A stretch of 64,000 bases of DNA, from the IMG/VR virus record IMGVR_UViG_3300039355_000083. The stretch is one strand, 5' to 3'. The stretch is from a virus. Positions 55,672 through 64,000 of this stretch are shown piece by piece. The first letter of the stretch is position 1. Every line of letters starts with the position of its first letter. The notes under the pieces are model-generated. The model saw only the letters and a program-made list of their open reading frames with translations. It ran no database searches and had not been told where the DNA came from. The translations under genes and the position numbers were made by a program.

Positions 55672-56622
55672 ATGAATTTACAAAGTATTAGTAGATATAT
55701 AAGTCTTATATTAAGACATAAGCCTGAAGTTATTGGTATTACTATAGATGAACATGGTTGGGCGAATGTAGAAGAACTGATTCAGGGTATCGCTAAAAAC
55801 AATCCCGGATTCAACAAAGAATTTTTAGAGGAAATTGTACGGACTGACAATAAGCAGCGATATTCTTTCAATGATGACAAGACATTGATCAGAGCGAATC
55901 AGGGACATTCAATTCCGGTAGATGTAGAACTGGAAGAGAAAGAGCCACCTAAAATTCTTTATCATGGAACTGGCGAGAAATATATAGCGTCTATTGATCA
56001 GAATGGACTGATTCCTAAAAGTCGTTTATATGTTCATTTGTCAAAAGATGTTGAAACCGCCAAAGCTGTCGGCAAGAGACATGGTAAAGAAGTTGTTTAT
56101 TCTATCAATAGTGAACAGATGTACAAAGATGGATACAAATTTTACTTATCTAAAAATGGAGTTTGGCTGACTAAAAGGGTTCCAGTGAAATATTTAATGA
56201 AGGAAGGTATAAAAATGAGTAGTACATATTTTACGGATTCAGTTTCAGATCTTTGTCAGGGGATTGTTGATAAAGCAGATACTTATGAAAAACGAATTAA
56301 ATACTTAGAAGAAGAAAACAAGAAGCTCAAAGATGAGCATTATAAAGATTCTGAAATGCAGAGAATGGAAGCAGAACTGAAAAAAGCGAAAGAGGATCTG
56401 TATAGAGGATTTCCAATTTCAGAAAAAGAACAAGAGAAAATCAGAGAGTGGGAATTAAAACATGATGCTGAGAAACATGGTTTGAAAACTATGGAACAGA
56501 GAGCAATGGGACATGGTTGCATAGGCGGCTCTCTTACATGGTGCTTTACACCAACATCAATCGGAACTATTGGAGAAGTGATTTGCTCCTGTGGCGAGAA
56601 GTTTACATTTCAGGATTTATAG
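55672..56622 (+). CDS. kptA: RNA 2'-phosphotransferase Tpt1/KptA with C-terminal coiled-coil/Cys extension
   Basis: Tpt1 signature blocks '[27 protein letters not shown]', 'IRANQGHSI' and 'LYHGT'. Confidence 0.75.
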   Translation: MNLQSISRYISLILRHKPEVIGITIDEHGWANVEELIQGIAKNNPGFNKEFLEEIVRTDNKQRYSFNDDKTLIRANQGHSIPVDVELEEKEPPKILYHGTGEKYIASIDQNGLIPKSRLYVHLSKDVETAKAVGKRHGKEVVYSINSEQMYKDGYKFYLSKNGVWLTKRVPVKYLMKEGIKMSSTYFTDSVSDLCQGIVDKADTYEKRIKYLEEENKKLKDEHYKDSEMQRMEAELKKAKEDLYRGFPISEKEQEKIREWELKHDAEKHGLKTMEQRAMGHGCIGGSLTWCFTPTSIGTIGEVICSCGEKFTFQDL

Positions 56623-56632
56623 GAAAAGATTT

Positions 56633-57133
56633 ATGATTAAAATTATTGAAGGTAATATCGTTAATGCAAAGACAGATTTTATAATTCATCAGGTTAACTG
56701 CCAAGGAGAAATGAACACTGGAGTCGCTAAAGCATTAAGAGATTATGATGAAGGCATTTATAAACACTATAGAAAGTTTTGTGAGTTTTGTAAGTTCGAG
56801 TCGGAAGAACTACTCGGAACGTGTGATGCATATTTATTGAAAGATAGAGGTCAAATTGTATTGTCTTTATTCGCACAAAATAAATATGGATATGATGGTA
56901 AACAGTATACAGATCTTGAAGCTTTTAGATATGGTTTAAGATATATTTCGCAACATTTTGGAGTATGGCGTGAAAAAAATGGACTAGAAGGAAAAGATCT
57001 TTGTAGAACTTCAGTAGCACTTCCGTATAAGATTGGTTGTGGAAGAGGGGGAGCAGACTGGGAAATGGTTTATAAAATCATTGAAGAGGAACTTAAAGAT
57101 TATGATGTGGAATTATGGAGGCTGGATGAATGA
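56633..57133 (+). CDS. macro domain protein (Poa1p-like, ADP-ribose/ADP-ribose-1''-phosphate processing)
   Basis: 'IIEGNIVNAKTDFIIHQVNCQGEMNTGVAKAL' and 'IGCGRGGADWEMV' match the macro-domain ligand-binding loops. Start moved to the ATG at 56633. Confidence 0.7.
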   Translation: MIKIIEGNIVNAKTDFIIHQVNCQGEMNTGVAKALRDYDEGIYKHYRKFCEFCKFESEELLGTCDAYLLKDRGQIVLSLFAQNKYGYDGKQYTDLEAFRYGLRYISQHFGVWREKNGLEGKDLCRTSVALPYKIGCGRGGADWEMVYKIIEEELKDYDVELWRLDE

Positions 57134-57555
57134 GCGAGGCGATGAATATTATTATAGCCGGTTCACGAGATTTTGATGATTATCGTTTGCTTAAGAAAAC
57201 TGTGTCAGATTATATCGAAGAGAATCAAGTTAATAACACTCAGCAAATTAGAGTTATCAGTGGTGGTGCAAAAGGTGCAGATAGGCTTGGTGAATGTTAT
57301 GCGTTTGATAATGGTTACTCCGTTATAAGATTTCAAGCGTTATGGGGAGTTTATGGAAAGTCTGCTGGCCCTAGACGTAATAATGAAATGGCAAAATTTG
57401 CATCAGAATCAGGCTCTGGTACGTTGATCGCATTTTGGGATGGTGAATCGCGAGGTACAAAAAATATGATTGATACTGCAAGAAGATATGGATTACATGT
57501 AATTGTAGTTGAATATGAAAAAGATTCGGAGGAATTAAATGAACAGAAAAGATAA
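57130..57555 (+). CDS. SLOG-superfamily (DprA/LOG-like, DUF2493-type) nucleotide-binding protein
   Basis: 'IIIAGSRDF...ISGGAKGADRLGE...IAFWDGESRGTKNMI' fits the SLOG Rossmann-like signature common in phages. Confidence 0.55.
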   Translation: MSEAMNIIIAGSRDFDDYRLLKKTVSDYIEENQVNNTQQIRVISGGAKGADRLGECYAFDNGYSVIRFQALWGVYGKSAGPRRNNEMAKFASESGSGTLIAFWDGESRGTKNMIDTARRYGLHVIVVEYEKDSEELNEQKR

Positions 57556-57823
57556 TACATTAGAAGGAATAGGTGCGTTTACAGTAATCATCCTTGCGAT
57601 TTTCACTCTTGTTATTAGTCCGGCATTATCATTTATGTTTGCTTACATAGGTGGATGTATACTGAAATTTTTTGTAGGGGACGCATTGGTTAATGGATTA
57701 AATATCATATTTAATACAACTAGATTTACGAAACCAATGATCCCTGTTATTTGTGCAACAATTGCAACAATTGGTAAATATTTTAAAACAACAGTCGATA
57801 TGTCAAGACATAAAGGACAGTAG
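57539..57823 (+). CDS. small membrane protein
   Basis: 94 aa with 2-3 predicted TM helices. Confidence 0.4.
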   Translation: MNRKDNTLEGIGAFTVIILAIFTLVISPALSFMFAYIGGCILKFFVGDALVNGLNIIFNTTRFTKPMIPVICATIATIGKYFKTTVDMSRHKGQ

Positions 57824-57877
57824 GAGTTACATATAAATTCTTATGAAAGTAAGAAAGGAACTGCAGGAGGAATCAAA

Positions 57878-58237
57878 ATGAAAAAGGTAACTACTATATT
57901 AATTCTTCTGCTTATCAGTGCATTTATGTTGACTGGTTGCGCTAAATGTATTGATAAGAAAGAAGAAAGTGTAAAAGTCAAAATTGTTAATGAATACTAT
58001 AAACCGAAAGAAACTCGTTTCATAGGTATAATTAATCATGTTCCACAATTTCGGACAGATTATGCCGAGTATGAAATTACGGTAGACTATAACGGAGTGG
58101 AATATTCACTTAGTGATGAAAGTACATATCGTAAATATCATGGAAGAATAGGACAAACAGTGTCTGCCGTATTGATTACAAAGACATATGATAATGGCAA
58201 TGTTAAACAATATATTAATTGTTTAGGAGGATTATAA
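57878..58237 (+). CDS. lipoprotein
   Basis: Signal peptide with lipobox 'LTGCAK'. Confidence 0.5.
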   Translation: MKKVTTILILLLISAFMLTGCAKCIDKKEESVKVKIVNEYYKPKETRFIGIINHVPQFRTDYAEYEITVDYNGVEYSLSDESTYRKYHGRIGQTVSAVLITKTYDNGNVKQYINCLGGL

Positions 58238-58238
58238 G

Positions 58239-59000
58239 ATGAAATATTACGATGGATATTTTAAAGAACTCAAGAATGAAATTGTACAGTGGATCAGAGA
58301 CTGGTTCGATCAGAATGGTCCCGGCTGCAATGCAATTGTAGGAATCTCTGGTGGAAAAGATTCTTCCGTAGTAGCAGCGCTTTGTGTAGAAGCTCTTGGA
58401 AAAGATCGTGTAATTGGTGTACTAATGCCACAGGGTCAGCAGAAAGATATTTATGCTGCGTACAAGCTTTGTGAATTTCTTGATATTAAATCATACGAAA
58501 TCAACATTAGCGACACAGTTCGAAGTGTATTGTCAAGACTCGAAAGCTCAGGAATCGAGATCAGCGAACAGACAAAAATAAATCTTCCGGCACGTATTAG
58601 AATGTCTACATTATATGCTGTCTCTCAGTCTTGTAATGGAAGAGTAGCAAATACATGTAATCTTTCAGAATCATATGTCGGTTATGAAACCAGGTATGGT
58701 GATTCGGCAGGTGATTTTAGTCCGTTAGGAAAATTAACTGTATATGAAGTTAAAAAACTTGGATATGAATTATTGCTTCCTACAGAACTTATTGAAAAGA
58801 TTCCAATTGATGGATTATGTGGAAAGACAGATGAGGACAATTTAGGATTCCCATATGAAGTTCTGGACAGATATCTTCGTACAGGAGAGATTGACGATCT
58901 GGCTGTAAAAGCTAAGATTGATTTAATGCATAAACGATGTCTCTTCAAATCAGAGAAGATTCCGGTATTTAATCCTGAATTAAAAGTGGAGGCAGAATAA
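58239..59000 (+). CDS. nadE: NH3-dependent NAD+ synthetase
   Basis: PP-loop 'GISGGKDSSVVAAL' and NadE-like C-terminus ('LGFPYEVLDRYL'). 253 aa. Confidence 0.65.
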   Translation: MKYYDGYFKELKNEIVQWIRDWFDQNGPGCNAIVGISGGKDSSVVAALCVEALGKDRVIGVLMPQGQQKDIYAAYKLCEFLDIKSYEINISDTVRSVLSRLESSGIEISEQTKINLPARIRMSTLYAVSQSCNGRVANTCNLSESYVGYETRYGDSAGDFSPLGKLTVYEVKKLGYELLLPTELIEKIPIDGLCGKTDEDNLGFPYEVLDRYLRTGEIDDLAVKAKIDLMHKRCLFKSEKIPVFNPELKVEAE

Positions 59001-59260
59001 TGGAGAACATATTTATATCATTCTTGTTAATCGAAATTCTTTTCACAACAATTTTAATAATTAATTGTGCAATTGATGAATTATTACCAATAAAAGAATA
59101 TAAAAAGTGGTCCCAAAATAAAAATTGGTTCGGTAAGATATATATATTTCTTACAGTTATATTTACTATTCCTGCAGCAATTATTATATATATCGCTTTT
59201 TCCATTGTGTTCTTAGTAACATTTATTTATACACTTGGAATTAAAGAGGAGAAGAAATAA
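59000..59260 (+). CDS. small membrane protein
   Basis: 86 aa with 2 TM helices. Confidence 0.4.
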   Translation: MENIFISFLLIEILFTTILIINCAIDELLPIKEYKKWSQNKNWFGKIYIFLTVIFTIPAAIIIYIAFSIVFLVTFIYTLGIKEEKK

Positions 59261-59261
59261 C

Positions 59262-59810
59262 ATGAAACCATATGATGTTGGGCTTGTTTGTGGGCGTTTT
59301 CAAACGTTCCACAAAGGCCATGAAAAACTTATTGATACTGGGTTATTGCTTTGTGATCGGATGCTTATTCTTGTTGGCAGTGCACAAGAATGTGGGACAA
59401 AACGTAATCCTTTGAATGTTAATACTAGAATCAAGATGATACGTGAAGTATATGGTGATGATCCAAACATTATGATTTATGCATTATCAGACCTTACTGA
59501 TGAAAATGATATCACACCAGATTGGGGTAGATATCTTCTTCAAAATGCAGATCGATATATTTATAAAAATCCAGATGTAATGATTTATGGTAATGATGAT
59601 AGCCGGAGTGGATGGTTCGACAAGAAAGATTTAAAGAACACAACCGAATTAATCATTAATCGTGAAGAATTACCCATCTCTGGGACCATGTTGAGAGCAC
59701 TTATGATACAGGATAAACGGCGAGAATGGATGACTTTTGTTAATCCTAAGTTACATAAAATGTATGATGAAATTCGTAGTGAACTTATGGAAAGCATAAA
59801 GGAGAATTAA
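59262..59810 (+). CDS. nicotinamide/nicotinate mononucleotide adenylyltransferase (NadM/NadR-type NMNAT)
   Basis: (H/T)xGH motif 'GRFQTFHKGH' and C-terminal 'ISGTMLRAL' (ISxTxxR). Start at the ATG with RBS AAGAGGAG. Confidence 0.7.
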   Translation: MKPYDVGLVCGRFQTFHKGHEKLIDTGLLLCDRMLILVGSAQECGTKRNPLNVNTRIKMIREVYGDDPNIMIYALSDLTDENDITPDWGRYLLQNADRYIYKNPDVMIYGNDDSRSGWFDKKDLKNTTELIINREELPISGTMLRALMIQDKRREWMTFVNPKLHKMYDEIRSELMESIKEN

Positions 59811-59848
59811 AATTATGATAAAAACATTAAAGGAATTATATTAAATTA

Positions 59849-60091
59849 ATGGAGGAAGCAGATATGACACCAGGAAGGCCGCAACAATTGCCTTACGTAT
59901 CACCACCAGATAAAAAAACGTCTCAGGAAAAATCCGGTAGTAACATTGTTGTTGAATGGATGTCTGAAATAAAAGAGCTTGCGAAAAATGGATATGAGAT
60001 ATCTAGCGTAAATGCTTGTATGAAGGATGAAAAATTTCAAAGAATTATTGGTATCTGTGATGCAGTAATTATGGTATTGAAGGAGAATTAG
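59849..60091 (+). CDS. hypothetical protein
   Basis: 80 aa ORF. Confidence 0.4.
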   Translation: MEEADMTPGRPQQLPYVSPPDKKTSQEKSGSNIVVEWMSEIKELAKNGYEISSVNACMKDEKFQRIIGICDAVIMVLKEN

Positions 60092-60232
60092 GATATGGAA
60101 TTTGCAAAAGCAGCAGCATGGATTTCAACTGCATTAGCAGTAATTGTAGGCATTGAAGTCACGCATTCAGCATGGTGCTTATGGGCGTTTTTGTTACCAT
60201 TGTTAATGAGTTAAAGGGAGTAAAAAACTAAA

Positions 60233-60439
60233 ATGAATTGTCTCAATTGTGATTATTATAGAGAAAATTTTTTATTTAACTGTTGTGAGTTAACGCAAGA
60301 GGAATGCTTCTTTATAAAGACAAAAAAGCATCCATGTTACTATATTAATGATGATTATACTTTTAAAGAAGATGTTCCGTTCTTTGGATTTAAGAAAGGA
60401 ACTGATTCTAAAGAGGTTTTTAAATGGCAAAATATCTAA
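60233..60439 (+). CDS. small Cys-rich protein
   Basis: 'CLNCDYY...CC...C' in 68 aa. Confidence 0.4.
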   Translation: MNCLNCDYYRENFLFNCCELTQEECFFIKTKKHPCYYINDDYTFKEDVPFFGFKKGTDSKEVFKWQNI

Positions 60440-61116
60440 TGAAATATAAAGGTACTTACAGACTAAAAGCTGCGATAGATCAAAGTACCAATGATTATCC
60501 CAGAGATGATTCTGGAGGAATAGATCCAAGCTTTGATGATATTTATATTAAGTGTTATGGCGGCGCTCAAATATATCATTATGGGTTTTCTACTCTTGTA
60601 GCTTACATTCCATCTATAGGAAGAGGACACAATATTTTAAAAGCTATAGCCAATGATCTCGGATTACCGGAATATGAAACTTATGCAGAATTATACAAGG
60701 CACTTGAAGATGAAGGAACTGTACGAAGTATCATGGAAAACGACAAAGAAATAGAGTTTAAGTTCCATGCTCGTAAGTTAGAATACATAGCACTTTTTCT
60801 TAAACCTGCGATTGCAGGAGCTGATATTAGTCCTTTCTCGACTAAGAACTTACCCAAATGTGATTACCCTATTTCTGAGGAAGATTTAGCAGAATACAAC
60901 GCTATTTTGGATTCTATGGACAGTAAGGATTACTTGTTAGTCTCTAGGGTAACTGATGCTTTTTTGACCAATAAACTTCAAAAAAGTAAGCAGTATAGGA
61001 CAATTGATTTGAAAAAAGATATGAAGAAAAAATGTTTAAAAACTAAAGAATATATCCATTCATTAGGCGAATGGAATGAATATATTGAATATTTAAAAAA
61101 GGAGATTTGTAAATGA
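60424..61116 (+). CDS. hypothetical protein
   Basis: 230 aa ORF. Confidence 0.45.
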   Translation: MAKYLMKYKGTYRLKAAIDQSTNDYPRDDSGGIDPSFDDIYIKCYGGAQIYHYGFSTLVAYIPSIGRGHNILKAIANDLGLPEYETYAELYKALEDEGTVRSIMENDKEIEFKFHARKLEYIALFLKPAIAGADISPFSTKNLPKCDYPISEEDLAEYNAILDSMDSKDYLLVSRVTDAFLTNKLQKSKQYRTIDLKKDMKKKCLKTKEYIHSLGEWNEYIEYLKKEICK

Positions 61117-61649
61117 AAAGAATAGCAAAGTTTGAAAAAGTGAGCTTAGAAGAATTCATGAAAGATTGGTGTGATACATTCGAATTAGACGCCTCTGATG
61201 CTGACACGAGACGTGAAATAGAAGGCATTTATGGTAGTATTGAACTTCCTAAAAGAGCAACAGTAGGAAGTGCCGGTTATGACTTCTTCACACCGCTTAC
61301 ACTTAATATGAAACCAGGTGAAACAGTAAAAGTGCCAACTGGAATTAGATGTAAGATTGATGAAGGATGGGTACTGAAATGCTATCCAAGAAGCGGCCTT
61401 GGATTCAAATACCGTCTGCAGCTTGATAATACAGTAGGTATCATCGACAGTGATTACTATGATTCTGATAATGAAGGTCATATCTTTATTAAAGTTACTA
61501 ATGATAGTAAAAGACCATGGAAAACTCTTAATGTACTTCGCGGAGAAGGATTCGCTCAGGGTATTTTTGTTGAATATGGTATTACTATTGATGATGAAGC
61601 TGCAGGAGTACGAAATGGCGGATTTGGAAGTACAACAGAGAATAAATAG
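61113..61649 (+). CDS. dut: dUTP diphosphatase
   Basis: dUTPase motifs 'GSAGYDFF', 'PRSGLG', 'GIIDSDYYD' and a C-terminal 'RNGGFGSTT' (motif V). Confidence 0.8.
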   Translation: MKRIAKFEKVSLEEFMKDWCDTFELDASDADTRREIEGIYGSIELPKRATVGSAGYDFFTPLTLNMKPGETVKVPTGIRCKIDEGWVLKCYPRSGLGFKYRLQLDNTVGIIDSDYYDSDNEGHIFIKVTNDSKRPWKTLNVLRGEGFAQGIFVEYGITIDDEAAGVRNGGFGSTTENK

Positions 61650-61658
61650 GAGGGTTTT

Positions 61659-61964
61659 ATGTGGATCAGAAGTCAAAATCAAGAAAATTATTTAGATGCA
61701 TCTGGAAAGACATTTTCTATATATAATGGAAATCAGATTCGTATGAAATATGCAAATAGTTCTGTATTACTTGGAGAATATTCTTCTTCTAAAAAAGCAC
61801 ATAATGTATTGAATAAATTAAGAAAACAAAATGATAAATGGCATTCTATGAATGTATTTTATTCAAGTAATAATATGGGTTTAACTATTTCATCTATGAA
61901 TAATGTACTTGCTGCACTAGAAGAAACCAATACATTTGAAATGCCACAGGATGAAGACGTGTAA
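61659..61964 (+). CDS. hypothetical protein
   Basis: 101 aa ORF. Confidence 0.45.
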   Translation: MWIRSQNQENYLDASGKTFSIYNGNQIRMKYANSSVLLGEYSSSKKAHNVLNKLRKQNDKWHSMNVFYSSNNMGLTISSMNNVLAALEETNTFEMPQDEDV

Positions 61965-61965
61965 C

Positions 61966-62142
61966 TATGCTTACAACAGACAAAGAAAAGGCTATATGCG
62001 AAAAATATAGCGCATATGATAAAAATAATCGTGTCCATTGTAATGAGTGTCCACTTATTAAAGGGGATCCTGCTCAACATGACTTCCGGTGCAAAGCGAA
62101 TAGTCATTATAATAGACACACTCGTGAATGGGAATATGATGA
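61966..62142 (+). CDS. small Cys/His-rich protein (58 aa)
   Basis: Not in the ORF track. 'CEKYSAYDKNNRVHCNECPLIKGDPAQHDFRCKANSH' suggests a zinc ribbon. Confidence 0.35.
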
Positions 62143-62283
62143 TTAAAAGTAAAAAAAGAGGCACTCCGTATATGGTTAGTGCCTCTTTAAAGAAAAATGT
62201 GTATGGTTATATGTATGAATGCTATACATCAAATACAACCATGCATAGTATATCATTTTATTTGATAAAAAGAAAGGATAACT

Positions 62284-62535
62284 ATGAAAATTCGACTAAA
62301 TAATTCAGCAGATGCTACGGCTGTTGTATCTATTGCAAATAAGTTTAAAGATTGCGATATTGATGGAAAATTTGGAAGATATATTATAGATCTTAAATCT
62401 ATTTTAGGAGTGTTATCATTTGAACTTCCAAAAACAATTGAGGTAGTAATTCAGAGTGACAATACTAAATTAATAGAAGATTTGGAGCATCAACTTGGAT
62501 TTTGGAAAGTAGAAGATGATGATCGCATTATCTGA
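62284..62535 (+). CDS. HPr/Crh-like phosphocarrier-fold protein lacking the His15 site
   Basis: Aligns by eye to HPr over its whole length ('DLKSILGVLSFE' vs HPr 'NLKSIMGVMSLG'; 'TIEVVIQSDN' vs 'AEITISASG'). Ser46-equivalent retained; His15 position is Asp. Confidence 0.45.
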   Translation: MKIRLNNSADATAVVSIANKFKDCDIDGKFGRYIIDLKSILGVLSFELPKTIEVVIQSDNTKLIEDLEHQLGFWKVEDDDRII

Positions 62536-62707
62536 GAAATATGCTCTAACTATAGATGAGGCCGCTCAATACTTTAATATAGGAAAGAATAAGCTACGTG
62601 AGCTTGTTAAAGAACCGGGATGTACTTTTGTCATGTACTCCGGTAACAGGTGTCTGATAAAAAGACAGAAGTTTGAAAAATATTTAGATAGCATTGTCTA
62701 TTTATAA
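62516..62707 (+). CDS. xis: Tn916-type excisionase (Xis)
   Basis: 'KYALTIDEAAQYFNIGKNKLRELVKE...YSGNRCLIKRQKFEKYLDSI' closely parallels Xis-Tn916 ('[22 protein letters not shown]...MNGNRIQIKRKQFEKIID'). Confidence 0.7.
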   Translation: MMIALSEKYALTIDEAAQYFNIGKNKLRELVKEPGCTFVMYSGNRCLIKRQKFEKYLDSIVYL

Positions 62708-62715
62708 TTGAAAGA

Positions 62716-62777
62716 AGTCCGTATGTATGATATGATTAATGTAGAAAATTGTCTCATTGTACATACGGACTTTTTGA
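62716..62777 (+). terminator. long-stem hairpin followed by a U-tract (terminator or recombination-site hairpin)
   Basis: 12-bp perfect stem AGTCCGTATGTA/TACATACGGACT flanking a 32-nt loop, followed by TTTTTG. Sits between xis and int. Confidence 0.5.
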
Positions 62778-62791
62778 AAGGATGATGTATA

Positions 62792-64000
62792 ATGGGAAAA
62801 GATTTAAAAGGTAAAGAACTCGGAAAGGGCATTTCACAGAGAAAGGACGGTAGATATCAAGCCCGATTTACAGATAGGTTCGGGAAACGTAGATGCGTAT
62901 ACGGGATAACTTTAAAAGAAGTTAAAAATGCATTAATGAGTGAAGTTGTAGATAATTACAGTAAGAATAATGTAGTAGACTCCAGTATGACTTTGGATCA
63001 GTGGTATGAAAAGTGGATGAGGGTATATAAAGAACCTGTTCTGAAGCCAAGTACAATTAGAATATATATACGTACATACCATTGCTATATAAAACCTGTA
63101 CTAGGTAGATTGCCATTGTCATCAATTACTAAATTGATGGTAACAGATTTACTTAACGGGCTGGGTAAAAGGTTACATAAAAGTACAGTCAATAATATAC
63201 GTACAGTTTTGTGCGATTTATTCTCTTATGCTATGGATAATGATTTATGTACTAAAAACCCGGCAAAAGGCATAAAAATAATCGGAACTGACAAAAGAAA
63301 AATCGTTACCTTATCCCGTGAGGATCAAAGAGATTTCTTCTTTATGGCGAAAGGATGCTTCTATTATAATCTATATGTTGTCGCAGTTAATACAGGACTT
63401 CGCTCAGGAGAACTGAGAGCGCTTACTTTAGATGATATTGATTTTGAAAATAATACTATAAATGTTACTAAAACTTTAACTTATTTTAGAAAATCTTCAA
63501 AAGATGATTTTTTAGGATACAAAATCAGCATACCAAAAACTAAATCCAGTATAAGAACCGTACCGATGAATTCCATATGCAGAAAAGCAATTGAAGATCA
63601 AGTACAGCAGCTCAATACATTGCCACCGATTGATTATGACTCTGACGTTCTTGGTAAGCTCCTTTTCGTGACAAGAAATAATAGACCCTTGATGGATGAA
63701 GTACTTGGTAGTTCGATACGTACAGTAAGAAATAATGTTAATAAAATTAGAGCATCTCAAAATCAGCCTCTGATGCCAAAATTTAGTGCGCATACATTTA
63801 GACACACATTTGCCACACGCTGTTTTGAGGCAGGAATCCCACCAAAGACAGTACAATCATATCTTGGACATACAAATATTCAGATGACCATGGATATCTA
63901 TACAGAAGTTTTAAGTGATAAAAAAATGAGTGACATTAAGTTGTTAGAAAGTACGATGAATGATATAAATACGTGCAGAGCATTCCAAAAAATCAGCTAA
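62792..64000 (+). CDS. int: Tn916-family tyrosine integrase
   Basis: N-terminal Int-Tn-type DNA-binding domain ('SQRKDGRYQARFTDRFGKRR'). Catalytic domain 'TFRHTFATRCFEAGIPPKTVQSYLGHTNIQMTMDIYTEV' (HxxR...Y). The stop codon is the last 3 nt of the window. Confidence 0.85.
   Translation: MGKDLKGKELGKGISQRKDGRYQARFTDRFGKRRCVYGITLKEVKNALMSEVVDNYSKNNVVDSSMTLDQWYEKWMRVYKEPVLKPSTIRIYIRTYHCYIKPVLGRLPLSSITKLMVTDLLNGLGKRLHKSTVNNIRTVLCDLFSYAMDNDLCTKNPAKGIKIIGTDKRKIVTLSREDQRDFFFMAKGCFYYNLYVVAVNTGLRSGELRALTLDDIDFENNTINVTKTLTYFRKSSKDDFLGYKISIPKTKSSIRTVPMNSICRKAIEDQVQQLNTLPPIDYDSDVLGKLLFVTRNNRPLMDEVLGSSIRTVRNNVNKIRASQNQPLMPKFSAHTFRHTFATRCFEAGIPPKTVQSYLGHTNIQMTMDIYTEVLSDKKMSDIKLLESTMNDINTCRAFQKIS

Noticed and set aside
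1-64000. CRISPR arrays, rRNA genes, IS elements or transposases
   Set aside because: No spaced direct-repeat arrays, no rRNA-like conserved blocks and no DDE/IS-type transposase motifs were seen. The only mobile-DNA enzymes are the two tyrosine recombinases, the HNH and the GIY-YIG endonucleases.

Overview
The window is a 64-kb stretch of a large temperate phage or prophage from a low-GC Firmicute. It is AT-rich, almost entirely plus-strand coding with tight gene packing, and contains no capsid, tail or lysis genes, so it looks like the early/middle (replication, nucleotide metabolism, host-takeover) region. Recognisable content:
- A Tn916-type xis/int module at the right end (62.5-64.0 kb) and a second XerC/D-like tyrosine recombinase at 4-5 kb.
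- A replication module: AAA_24 ATPase, DnaB-like helicase, DnaG-like primase, PD-(D/E)XK exonuclease, Pol III alpha (PHP-DnaE), RecD-like helicase and an HD hydrolase.
- A NAD-dependent DNA ligase gene split into two ORFs by a free-standing HNH homing endonuclease.
- An anaerobic nucleotide module: ThyX-like, guanylate-kinase-like, NrdD/NrdG, dUTPase and a 5'-deoxynucleotidase-like HAD protein.
- An internal tRNA island (tRNA-Leu CAA, tRNA-Met CAU, one type-II-shaped tRNA with a UUG anticodon, and one degenerate tRNA-like element) driven by its own promoter.
- A NitT/TauT-type ABC transporter operon whose substrate-binding protein gene appears to be interrupted by a group I intron carrying a GIY-YIG homing endonuclease.
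- The most striking block, about 46-60 kb, is a dense NAD+/ADP-ribose island. It holds nicotinamidase PncA, a NAMPT-like NadV, a Prs/PRPP-synthetase-like protein, an NMN adenylyltransferase, NadE, a Tpt1/KptA RNA 2'-phosphotransferase, a Poa1p-like macro domain, a SLOG/DUF2493 protein, a HAD nucleotidase and a short PurA/PurZ-like adenylosuccinate-synthetase homolog.
- An ADP-ribosylglycohydrolase and an Rnl2-like RNA ligase sit near the tRNA island, and a tandem-DUF2829 (Tad2-like) sponge candidate lies upstream.
- I read this combination as a multi-layer counter-defence kit (NAD+ reconstitution, reversal of ADP-ribosylation, tRNA repair, Thoeris sponge).
- Three near-identical sigma-A-type early promoters and a recurrent palindromic motif (AAATTTAATTAAACA) upstream of at least 14 genes suggest a phage-specific transcription programme.

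All functional calls are from motif recognition by eye. None has been checked against a database.
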